A stretch of DNA of 60,943 bases, filler included. It is 6 parts of 6 records of this genome, joined end to end, with 100 filler letters (N's around TTAATTAATTAA, not from the genome) between each part and the next. Parts side by side here need not be neighbours in the genome. Positions count along the whole stretch, not along the records: positions 1 to 11,798 come from DRR378314_545; 5 more parts are not named here. One strand, written 5' to 3'. A model generated the notes under the pieces. That model had not been told where the DNA came from and ran no database searches. It worked only from the letters and a program-made list of their open reading frames with translations. The first letter of the stretch is position 1. Every line of letters starts with the position of its first letter. The position numbers were made by a program, and so were the translations under genes. Positions 1-8,936 of the stretch are shown here, in pieces.

Positions 1-258
1 ATAAATCTCTTTTTTGAGATCCAATATTACTGGCCATTGAACTTCATCTACCCCTTGGCCCAGAACATTGACAATGGCCGTCTCAACAAATTTGGAACCA
101 ATAGCCCCTAAAAGTCTCACTTCGTCATGATAATTTGGTCCGGACAAACCAATATAGTAATTGGCAGGTTCACCCGAAAATGAACAAGTGGGTGATCCAG
201 CCACAATCGGGACAGAATTTTCCTCAAGACCTTCTAAAGATTCGTTATTTGTAATCAA
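1..258 (-). CDS. Hypothetical protein, N-terminal part (runs off the window start)
   Basis: The minus frame is open from 300 to 1 (…LITNNESLEGLEENSVPIVAGSPTCSFSGEPANYYIGLSGPNYHDEVRLLGAIGSKFVETAIVNVLGQGVDEVQWPVILDLKKEIY). The TTG start at 258 is a guess and no family was recognised. Confidence 0.4.
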   Translation of the reverse strand, partial: MITNNESLEGLEENSVPIVAGSPTCSFSGEPANYYIGLSGPNYHDEVRLLGAIGSKFVETAIVNVLGQGVDEVQWPVILDLKKEIY

Positions 259-636
259 GGTATTTCTGACACTTTTCTTAAGTTCAAATTTACTTCTTTT
301 TTATCTTGACAGTAGACCAATGATTGTATTTTATCATCATAATTATTAACTATTAAACAGGCTTGAATTCAATATTTTACATTTTTAATCAACAAAAGTT
401 GCATTTAATGAAATTTAGGGCAATGTTTCGCGAAATGGGTACTTCTTTCAATTAACCTTGGTCAATAAGTGCCCTCAAAAGTAATTGTAATTTTCTATTG
501 TACTGCATTTGGTATCAATTGACAAAATTTTATCATTGAAATATGAATATTTTATTATGAAATACTTTTGGGATCGATGATGAACTGTGATAAATTATAT
601 AAAAGTAGAAATGGAAACCCCTCGAAATTACCCGTT

Positions 637-1305
637 CTATTCCTTGATTTGGCGACCATCCAAAAGATTGATGATTCGCGAACCATATGTAGCGTTCTTT
701 TCTGAGTGGGTTACCTGAATAATGGTAACCCCTTCAATATTCAATTGCTTAAAAAGTTCCATAATCTCCTCGCCCTGTTTGGAGTTTAGGTTTCCGGTTG
801 GCTCATCGGCCAAAATAAGTTTTGGAGATGAAATTAACGCCCGCGCAACACCTACCAATTGTTGTTGCCCACCACTCAGCTGTGAAGGAAAAAGATCTTT
901 CTTTCCAACAATATTAAAACGATCCAAGGTATCCGCTACCAGAGATTTACGTTCGGAACTGCCCACTTTCTTATACAGCAAGGGCATTTCCAGATTTTCC
1001 TTTATGGTAAGGTCATCCAATAAGTGGTAGGATTGAAATACAAAGCCGATATATTGTTTGTACAAATTTGCGCGATGCTTTTCTTTTAAGGTGTGAACGG
1101 GCTCGTCCAAAAAACTGTATTCCCCTTCATCAAAATTATCCAACATCCCAATAATATTGAGCAATGTTGATTTACCAGAGCCTGAGGGACCCATAACAGA
1201 AATAAACTCCCCTTCTGCCACGGTGAGGTTTATATCCTTTAACAAGAAGACACGTTGCCCTCCTGAGTTTACCCATTTAAAAATGTTGCTCAATTGTAGT
1301 AACAT
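637..1305 (-). CDS. ABC transporter ATP-binding protein (LolD/MacB/SalX family)
   Basis: Walker A GPSGSGKS, Q-loop FVFQ, signature LSGGQQQ, Walker [11 protein letters not shown] and H-loop VTH in 222 aa. Confidence 0.95.
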   Translation of the reverse strand: MLLQLSNIFKWVNSGGQRVFLLKDINLTVAEGEFISVMGPSGSGKSTLLNIIGMLDNFDEGEYSFLDEPVHTLKEKHRANLYKQYIGFVFQSYHLLDDLTIKENLEMPLLYKKVGSSERKSLVADTLDRFNIVGKKDLFPSQLSGGQQQLVGVARALISSPKLILADEPTGNLNSKQGEEIMELFKQLNIEGVTIIQVTHSEKNATYGSRIINLLDGRQIKE

Positions 1306-1418
1306 ATTGTATTTTTTTTAATTGGTCCATATTCAGTTCAATTCATCCCGAATGGAAAAAGCCGAATTTGATATTTGATTTATTAACACAATTCCCAATT
1401 GGAGAATTGCTGGAAGTC

Positions 1419-3818
1419 TTACTCGGTTCGCAGGCTTTTCACCGGATTCGAATTCGCTGCCTTAATGGCTTGAAAACTTACCGTAATAACCGTTACCATC
1501 ATGGCACCGAAAACGGCCAAGGCGAAAATCCACCATTCAAGAAGCATGTGGTAGGGATAATCCTGCAACCAGCCGTTCATTACATAATAGGCAATAGGTA
1601 CTGCAATAAAACAAGAGATGATGACCAGTTTAAGGAAGTCCTTTGACAGCATACCCCAAACGTTGAACACGGTTGCCCCCAATACTTTTCTAACCCCAAT
1701 TTCTTTGGTGCGCTGCTCTGCAACAAAAGAGGTTAGCCCAAATAAACCAAGACAACTGATTAAAATGGCCAAAGCAGTAAAAATTCCGGATAGGGTCCCA
1801 ATCCGTTCCTCTGAGGCAAATTTTGCCCCGTATTCGCTATCCACGAAATCATACTCAAAAGGAAGATCTGGAAAATGTTCTTTGAATACCCCTTCTATGA
1901 TGGCAATATTCTGACTTGCACTTTGATTTGGATTCAATCTTAAATTATAGAAACTGGAATTCCCATGCTTGTCAAAAACATAAAGGCCTTGCTTGACTGG
2001 CTCATAAGGGGATTGTGTAATCATATCTTCCACTACTCCAATAATTTTTAAAGGTGGTCCCGGGTCTTCTTCATCATCATCTTTTAAGAACTTGCCAACG
2101 GGATCCGTGATGCCCATATATTTTACTGCCGTTCGGTTGATCAACACAGCATTGGAATCGGTAGCGAACTCTCTGGAAAAATCACGGCCTTCCACAATTT
2201 TCATCCCCAAAGACTTGGCGTATTCGGGCGTTACTTCTGTCCATGCCAAATCTTCCTGAAAACCATCGGGCTTGCCTTCCCAATCAAATCCACTACGATT
2301 GGACCAGATCTGCGTGGTTGGACTACTGGAAGCCGACATTTCAATTACAGCGTTCGAGCTTAGAAACTCACTGCGCATTAAATCGTATTTACCTTCGAAA
2401 TCTTGACTGAAAGTAGGTATTTGAATCAGTCCGTCCTTATTATAACCAATAGGACGGTTTTTGGCATGGTTGATCTGTTGCATAACGATTACAGTACCGA
2501 TAATGAAAGCCACCGAAACCGTAAATTGAAGTACCACCAATATTTTTCTTGGCAATCCTGCGTACTTGCCAGCTCTAAATGTTCCCTTTAAAACATCAAC
2601 AGGCTTGAACGAGGATAAATACAATGCCGGATAACTACCCGCTACCAATGCAGTAAACACAATAAAGACCAGCGAGGTCAACCAAAAAGTACCATTTTTC
2701 CATGGAAAGGAAATTTCCTTTTTGGAAAGGTCATTAAATCCGTTTAATGATAAAAGAACGATTATGACCGCTATAAAAAAAGCGAACAATACTACCATAA
2801 AAGATTCACTCAAAAATTGATTGATCAATTGATTTCTTTGTGAACCTATGGATTTTCTTATCCCCACTTCTTTCGCCCGTTTTTCCGATCTTGCCGTGCT
2901 CAGGTTCATAAAATTAATACAGGCCAAAAGCAATACGAACACCCCAATTATTCCGAAGAGCCATACATATTTTATTCTCCCTCCGGACTGCTTTCCGTTT
3001 TCGAAATTACCGCGCAGGTACCAGTCTTTCATGGGAAATAGAAATATTTGTGGATTGAATTCAGCCGTATCTTCGTTCAGATCTTTCTTCACGTTCAAAA
3101 TAGCCTCGGTAACTTTTTCCATATCGGTATTATCGGCAATCTGAACGAACATCTGAAAAGAGTTGTTTCCCCATTGATCTTCCGCATTCTTCATCCATTC
3201 TTGTGTCGCGATCATTTTGTCCCAAGGCATTAAGAATTCCGCATCATGAAACGAATTGTTAAAAGGGATATCCTCATATACCGCAGTCACCATTACATCA
3301 TATTGATTGTTAACCTGTAAGGTCTTGCCAATGGGTTCCTCAGTTCCAAAAAGTGCATAGGCGACCGATTCGGACAGCATTACTGAGTTTAGCTCGCGCA
3401 AACCATCTTTCTCCCCCTTCAGAATATTAAGATCCAACATTTCAGGAGCTTCGGACTGCATGAAATTTCCGGTTTTGGAAAGGCTCTTGTCCTTGTACTT
3501 TAAATATCTTGATATGTTCCAGGATGACATGACCAGATGTTTGAAATTGTCCGCATAACCATCCCTTAAAGCCTTTTCCAAAGGTCTGGGGATAGCTGGA
3601 CCCGTACCCGTATTTCCATTAAAAGTCTGTGATTGAAAAACCTGGGCGATCTTCTCCTTTTTGGAAAAGTAATTGTTGTGGGACAGCTCGTCCTGGATCC
3701 AAAGACCTATGATCAGGGTTACGGCCATACCCATTGCCAGTCCACCTACATTAATGGCAGTATATCCTTTATTGTTCCAAAGGTTCCTCCAAGCGATTTT
3801 CAGATAATTCTTAAACAT
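1419..3818 (-). CDS. ABC transporter permease, duplicated MacB-PCD/FtsX architecture (799 aa)
   Basis: N-terminus MFKNYLKIAWRNL; two FtsX-type motifs (NFMNLSTARSEKRAKEVGIRKSIG and EQRTKEIGVRKVLGA); ~8 TM helices; C-terminus NPVKSLRTE. Confidence 0.95.
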   Translation of the reverse strand: MFKNYLKIAWRNLWNNKGYTAINVGGLAMGMAVTLIIGLWIQDELSHNNYFSKKEKIAQVFQSQTFNGNTGTGPAIPRPLEKALRDGYADNFKHLVMSSWNISRYLKYKDKSLSKTGNFMQSEAPEMLDLNILKGEKDGLRELNSVMLSESVAYALFGTEEPIGKTLQVNNQYDVMVTAVYEDIPFNNSFHDAEFLMPWDKMIATQEWMKNAEDQWGNNSFQMFVQIADNTDMEKVTEAILNVKKDLNEDTAEFNPQIFLFPMKDWYLRGNFENGKQSGGRIKYVWLFGIIGVFVLLLACINFMNLSTARSEKRAKEVGIRKSIGSQRNQLINQFLSESFMVVLFAFFIAVIIVLLSLNGFNDLSKKEISFPWKNGTFWLTSLVFIVFTALVAGSYPALYLSSFKPVDVLKGTFRAGKYAGLPRKILVVLQFTVSVAFIIGTVIVMQQINHAKNRPIGYNKDGLIQIPTFSQDFEGKYDLMRSEFLSSNAVIEMSASSSPTTQIWSNRSGFDWEGKPDGFQEDLAWTEVTPEYAKSLGMKIVEGRDFSREFATDSNAVLINRTAVKYMGITDPVGKFLKDDDEEDPGPPLKIIGVVEDMITQSPYEPVKQGLYVFDKHGNSSFYNLRLNPNQSASQNIAIIEGVFKEHFPDLPFEYDFVDSEYGAKFASEERIGTLSGIFTALAILISCLGLFGLTSFVAEQRTKEIGVRKVLGATVFNVWGMLSKDFLKLVIISCFIAVPIAYYVMNGWLQDYPYHMLLEWWIFALAVFGAMMVTVITVSFQAIKAANSNPVKSLRTE

Positions 3819-3904
3819 GGTTTTCGTTTTTTGATTTGATGATGATTGATGATATGCGTTTAAATTCCTAGCCTTTCACTGTTCACTTTATACTGCTTAC
3901 TTTT
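3819..3904. repeat. Intergenic spacer copy A: GAT/TTGA-rich block plus four tandem 7-nt nYACTnn units
   Basis: ttcgttttttgatttgatgatgattgatgatatg followed by tcactgt-tcacttt-atactgc-ttacttt (3876-3903); same layout as 8852-8936. Confidence 0.6.
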
Positions 3905-6316
3905 TTACTCTGATTTTAAGCTTTCTACTGGATTAACAATTGCTGCCCTTATAGTATGAAAACTAACGGTAAACAATGCTACCACTGCAACCATAGTACC
4001 CACCCCTAGGAATGTGAGCGGATCGATCCTAATACGATACTCATAATTCTCGATCCAAGTTTGCAAGGCATACCAAGCCAAGGGTATCGCAATTAAAAGA
4101 CTGAGCAATACCAATTTTAAAAAGTGTATTGATATCATGCCAACGATACTTTTTACCGATGCCCCCATAACTTTACGAATACCAATTTCCTTGGTCCTCA
4201 ATTCAATAACCATTAGTGAAATGGCAAAAAGACCCAAACAGGAAAGGAATATGGCTATGACCGATGCAATACTGAAGACTGTGGTCATAATAATTTCGCC
4301 CTCGTACCAGGCCTGCAGGTTCTCATCCAAAAATGAAGCGTTGAAGAGGGAATTGTCCGTAAGTTTCTCCCAAACTGAAGCGACATGGTCCATTACCAAC
4401 TGTGGATTATCCGATTTGACTTTTAGAAAAATATAATTTATACGTTCAGTTGCCGATAGATGAATGGCAATTGGATATGCTTTTTCGGACGGGGAATAGG
4501 CATTGAAATCCGGTATTACACCTATGATACTATTCCCCAATCCTGCTTCTTCCCCTCCAAAATATTTGCCAATAGGGTCAGGTTCCCCCATAGCCTTTAC
4601 AAAACTTTCGGTAACCACAAAAGCATTTACAGTATCTGTGGCAAAGGCAGGATCAAAATCCCTTCCTTTAATTATGGGAATTTGCAAAGTCTTTAAAAAA
4701 TCATAATCTACCAAGAGCCAATCGGCCGAAACCTGGTTCTGTTTATAATCGAACCCCACTGTGGACCTAACGGTAACCCGATCCAAGCCCCTGCCTAAAT
4801 TACCGCCTGTTCCAGTAATGGAAACAATTTTGGGATCATTTTCAAGTTCGTTCCGCATACGCGACAATATTTTTCTACCGTCTTGTTGGAAACCTACAGG
4901 AATACTTATTACTTGCTCCTTTTCAAAACCTATGGGTACTTCCCGTAAAAAATCCAATTGTTTGCCCGCTATCCAACTTATGGAGATCAGTAGGCTGGAA
5001 ATAGCAAACTGACTTACCAATATACCATTGCGCAGGGCTCCCGGTCTCCTGGTGGAGATCTTGCCCTTTAAAACGCCAACCAAATTAAAATTGGCCATCT
5101 TTAAGGCAGGGTATCCACCGGCAATCAGGGTTACCAATAAAAATACCCCGAAAATAATTACCAAAAAAGTGGGCTGGAATAGGGCTGTAATTTCCATACT
5201 GCCACCAAATTGGGCATTAAAGGCTGGTACCAATTGAGAAGCGAGGCCCAGTCCCAGCATAAATCCAATAAAATAAAGCAAAAAGGCTTCTCCCCATAAC
5301 TGCATAAAAAGTTGCCCTTTATATGCTCCAAGTGTTTTCCTTACTCCCATTTCACGACTTCTTTTAAAGGAGTTGGCCATGTTAAGGTTCACAAAATTAA
5401 AACAGGCGATCAACAGAATAAATGCCCCTAAGGACATGAGTGCATATACCAATAGCTTGGGAGCACCTCGGTCCCCAGAAAAATGAACCTCATTAATATT
5501 GGTGAGGTTTATACTCATTAACTCAGAGGGTTGCTTAACTTCTGGATGGTCGGCCCTAAGTTGTTCCAATTGATCGGGATAGTATTTTTCCACAAAAGGT
5601 TCCAGTTTCATAGCAACTTTTTGTGGATCGCTATTTGGGGAAACCTTTATAAAAACACTTGATCCGTTGGAGCCCCAATCATTTTGAAGCTTGCCATAAT
5701 TGGGAAGCGATTGGATCCGGGCAATGGCATCAAACCTAATACTGGAATTTTTTGGGCAATCCTTTACCACGGCCGTGACCGTATAATATGCCACTTCCTC
5801 CCCCCTGCCTATTTTTAATTCTTTCCCAATGGGGTCCAAATCTCCAAAAATAGCCTTGGCCGTACTTTCACTTATAGCGATGTCCTGAATACCCGAAAGT
5901 GCCGAACTACCAATACCACTAAGTACTGGAAAATTGAATACTTCAAAAAAATCGGGATCGGTCCTAATAACCACCCGTTCAATATTTTTTTCCTCATATG
6001 AAAAGTTTTCAGGCATCCCCATATTTACTACAATGGCAGTCTCCACTTCCGAAATATCGGCCTTTAAAGCAGTGGCAGCAGGCAATGGCATTTGGGAACT
6101 CATTTCGATACCTTGGGAACTGTGTATTGTACGGGAGGTTCTATATAACTGTGCCTTATCCTTGTGGAATGAATCAAAACTCAGATGAAAATAAGCCGTT
6201 AAAAACAAAAGGATACAGACGGAAAAAGCGATCGCCAAGCCAAAAATATGAATTGCCGAATGCAATTTATTTCTACTAATATTCCTCCAAGAAATTTTTA
6301 AATAGTCCTTTAACAT
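3905..6316 (-). CDS. ABC transporter permease, duplicated MacB-PCD/FtsX architecture (803 aa)
   Basis: MLKDYLKISWRNI; NFVNLNMANSFKRSREMGVRKTLGA; ELRTKEIGIRKVMGA; C-terminus NPVESLKSE. Confidence 0.95.
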   Translation of the reverse strand: MLKDYLKISWRNISRNKLHSAIHIFGLAIAFSVCILLFLTAYFHLSFDSFHKDKAQLYRTSRTIHSSQGIEMSSQMPLPAATALKADISEVETAIVVNMGMPENFSYEEKNIERVVIRTDPDFFEVFNFPVLSGIGSSALSGIQDIAISESTAKAIFGDLDPIGKELKIGRGEEVAYYTVTAVVKDCPKNSSIRFDAIARIQSLPNYGKLQNDWGSNGSSVFIKVSPNSDPQKVAMKLEPFVEKYYPDQLEQLRADHPEVKQPSELMSINLTNINEVHFSGDRGAPKLLVYALMSLGAFILLIACFNFVNLNMANSFKRSREMGVRKTLGAYKGQLFMQLWGEAFLLYFIGFMLGLGLASQLVPAFNAQFGGSMEITALFQPTFLVIIFGVFLLVTLIAGGYPALKMANFNLVGVLKGKISTRRPGALRNGILVSQFAISSLLISISWIAGKQLDFLREVPIGFEKEQVISIPVGFQQDGRKILSRMRNELENDPKIVSITGTGGNLGRGLDRVTVRSTVGFDYKQNQVSADWLLVDYDFLKTLQIPIIKGRDFDPAFATDTVNAFVVTESFVKAMGEPDPIGKYFGGEEAGLGNSIIGVIPDFNAYSPSEKAYPIAIHLSATERINYIFLKVKSDNPQLVMDHVASVWEKLTDNSLFNASFLDENLQAWYEGEIIMTTVFSIASVIAIFLSCLGLFAISLMVIELRTKEIGIRKVMGASVKSIVGMISIHFLKLVLLSLLIAIPLAWYALQTWIENYEYRIRIDPLTFLGVGTMVAVVALFTVSFHTIRAAIVNPVESLKSE

Positions 6317-6436
6317 AATTAGGTCGTTTTAGGAATGTTCATTTTACCAAGTGTATAGGGATCAATTCTGATTAGAGTTTATATTTTGTGTCATAATTCA
6401 TTATAAATGAATAAATGGGGGATCATAATAAAAGCC

Positions 6437-8851
6437 TTATTCAGTTCTTAGACCCCTTAAAGGTTCAATCAGCGCAGCTGCAACGGATTGATAACTTATG
6501 GTCAACACTGCAATAACCAAAGCTATGCCTCCGGCAAAAAGGAATATTTCCCATCCAATATTAATCTTATATGCAAAATTCTCCAACCAGCGGTTCATCA
6601 TATACCATCCTATGGGAATTGCAAATAGAATGGCCAAAAGAATCAATTTTAAAAAATCAAGTGTCAAGAGCTTGTAGATGCTTTCAAAAGGAGCCCCCAA
6701 AACCAAGCGAATACTAATTTCTTTTTCGCGCTGTTCCACCATAAAGGCAGAAAGCGCAAAAAGGCCAAGACAGGCAATAAAAAGGGCAAAAAGGGCAAAA
6801 CTGTTAAAAATATCACCAACACGCTTTACATCGTCGTGCATTTGTGCAAATTCCTGATCTAGAAACGTATATTGAAAGGCCTGGCTTGGAACATATTCCT
6901 GCCATATATTTTTAATATCCCTCAATGCTCCAACAGATGCTCCGTTTTCCAATTTTATGGACACGATACTAGGACTATTCCCTATGACCAAACTGAGCGG
7001 TTCAATATTTTCTTTTAAACTTTTGAAATGAAAATCGTCCAAAACACCAATAATGGTCCATTCTTCACCATTATTGATCCGTTTACCCAACGGATCTTCA
7101 AAACCTAGCTCCTTTGCCATAGCAGTGTTGATTACGATTGCCGAAGAATCACTGGTATATTCCTTTGAAAACCCTCTGCCTTTAATGACCTCTAGTCCTA
7201 GGGTATTTATATAATCATAATCTACCCTCCATATTTGGGCAGGAACGGACTGCTCTTGATTTCCACTAGCAACCTTTCGAAAAGTATTGCCGTTACGTTT
7301 GGTACCATCCACCGGAAGATAGTCACTTACGGATACACTACTAACTTCAGGCAAGCCCAAAAGCCTATCTTTGAACGTTTGAATATTGTTGTTTAACAAA
7401 TTTGTTCCCTGAACCATAAGCACCTGTTCCTTGTCAAAACCCAATTTTTTATCCAGAATGAAGTTCATTTGTTTGGTGATGATCAGGGTGCCTATAATCA
7501 GAATTACCGAGGTGGCGAATTGAAAAACGACCAAGCCACTGCGCAGCTTGCCACTATTGGCACCTATGCTCAAATTGCCTTTAAGGACATTAACGGGTTT
7601 AAAGGCCGATAGGTACAAGGCAGGATAAAGGCCTGCCAACACCCCAACTAAGAGGCCAGCAAAGAAAAGCATGGGCAAAAACCACCATTCGGACCATGGT
7701 ATAACTATATTTTGGGTTGCAATGGAATTGAAGGTGGGCAAAAGGATCCAGGTCAATAAAAGTCCTATTAATATTGATATGAGACTAAAAAGGACGGATT
7801 CGGTAAGGAACTGAGTTACCAGATTACCCTTGAAGGCTCCGATAGTTTTGCGAAGCCCGACTTCCTTAGCTCTATTTGCAGACTTCGCTGTTGACAGATT
7901 AATGAAATTTATCACTGCCAAAAGCAATACAAAACCTGCAATTGCTGCAAATAACCAGACGAAGCGAATATCACCATGTTTCAACCGATCCCCCATTTTT
8001 ATGTCCGACTTTAGATGAATGTCCGTGATGGGCTGTAATTTATATTCCAATGTTTTTAATACCTTCATAAAGTCCTCTCCCATACCTCTTTCCATAAGTG
8101 CCGGTATGAAATAATTATCCAACATGGTATGCATTTTCTTTTCCAAGGCCGGAATATCCGTATTCCCGTCCACCAATATATAGGTGAAATAATTGGTGGT
8201 CGTCCAACTCGTATTTTTATCTTCTATAGCCATGAGATAACCGAAATGGAGATGTGATTTTTCATCCTTGTTTTCCTTGATAATTCCGGTAACGGCATAC
8301 GGTTTACTAGTGTCATCATCCAAAAAAATAGTTTGGCCAACGGCATTTCCATCCGGAAAATACTTTGAGGCCTTGGACGCTGTCATTACAATGCTCCCAG
8401 GATTGGTCAAAACATTTTCGGGACTTCCTTCAAGCAGATCAAATTCCAGTATTTCAAAAACCTGCTGGTCAGCATAAATGAAACCCTCATCAAAGGTGTT
8501 TTGGGTATCATCTTTAACACGCAAGGCCCTTCTGCCCGCCCCAAACAGCTCACTGGTATTGATTTTGCCCGCTTTTTCAATTTCTGGATAGGTAGTTTGG
8601 AGCGTCTCCGCAAAAAGACGTTGAAAGTGAACACTCTTTAACTGTTCCCCATTCATCATCCCCTGCATTACAACACGGTAAATTCTATTTTTGTTTCGAT
8701 AATGGTCATCGTAGCCCAATTCATTTTTTATAAAAAGGGCGATTAACAGGCAGCCGGCAATGCCCATAGCGAAACCACCAATTTTTATAATGGTAAAAAA
8801 TTGGTCTCTTTTTATTCCTCGCCAAGCGATTTTAAGATAATTAATAAACAT
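6437..8851 (-). CDS. ABC transporter permease, duplicated MacB-PCD/FtsX architecture (804 aa)
   Basis: MFINYLKIAWRG; NFINLSTAKSANRAKEVGLRKTIGA; EQREKEISIRLVLGA; C-terminus EPLRGLRTE. Confidence 0.95.
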   Translation of the reverse strand: MFINYLKIAWRGIKRDQFFTIIKIGGFAMGIAGCLLIALFIKNELGYDDHYRNKNRIYRVVMQGMMNGEQLKSVHFQRLFAETLQTTYPEIEKAGKINTSELFGAGRRALRVKDDTQNTFDEGFIYADQQVFEILEFDLLEGSPENVLTNPGSIVMTASKASKYFPDGNAVGQTIFLDDDTSKPYAVTGIIKENKDEKSHLHFGYLMAIEDKNTSWTTTNYFTYILVDGNTDIPALEKKMHTMLDNYFIPALMERGMGEDFMKVLKTLEYKLQPITDIHLKSDIKMGDRLKHGDIRFVWLFAAIAGFVLLLAVINFINLSTAKSANRAKEVGLRKTIGAFKGNLVTQFLTESVLFSLISILIGLLLTWILLPTFNSIATQNIVIPWSEWWFLPMLFFAGLLVGVLAGLYPALYLSAFKPVNVLKGNLSIGANSGKLRSGLVVFQFATSVILIIGTLIITKQMNFILDKKLGFDKEQVLMVQGTNLLNNNIQTFKDRLLGLPEVSSVSVSDYLPVDGTKRNGNTFRKVASGNQEQSVPAQIWRVDYDYINTLGLEVIKGRGFSKEYTSDSSAIVINTAMAKELGFEDPLGKRINNGEEWTIIGVLDDFHFKSLKENIEPLSLVIGNSPSIVSIKLENGASVGALRDIKNIWQEYVPSQAFQYTFLDQEFAQMHDDVKRVGDIFNSFALFALFIACLGLFALSAFMVEQREKEISIRLVLGAPFESIYKLLTLDFLKLILLAILFAIPIGWYMMNRWLENFAYKINIGWEIFLFAGGIALVIAVLTISYQSVAAALIEPLRGLRTE

Positions 8852-8936
8852 GATGTTCGTTTATGATTTGATTGATGATATGTGTATTGTACGCAACGAT
8901 AGGTTGTCCACTGTCTACTGACCACTATCCACTTAA
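8852..8936. repeat. Intergenic spacer copy B: GAT/TTGA-rich block plus four tandem 7-nt nYACTnn units
   Basis: ttcgtttatgatttgattgatgatatg followed by ccactgt-ctactga-ccactat-ccactta (8908-8935); 85 nt versus 86 nt for copy A. Confidence 0.6.
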
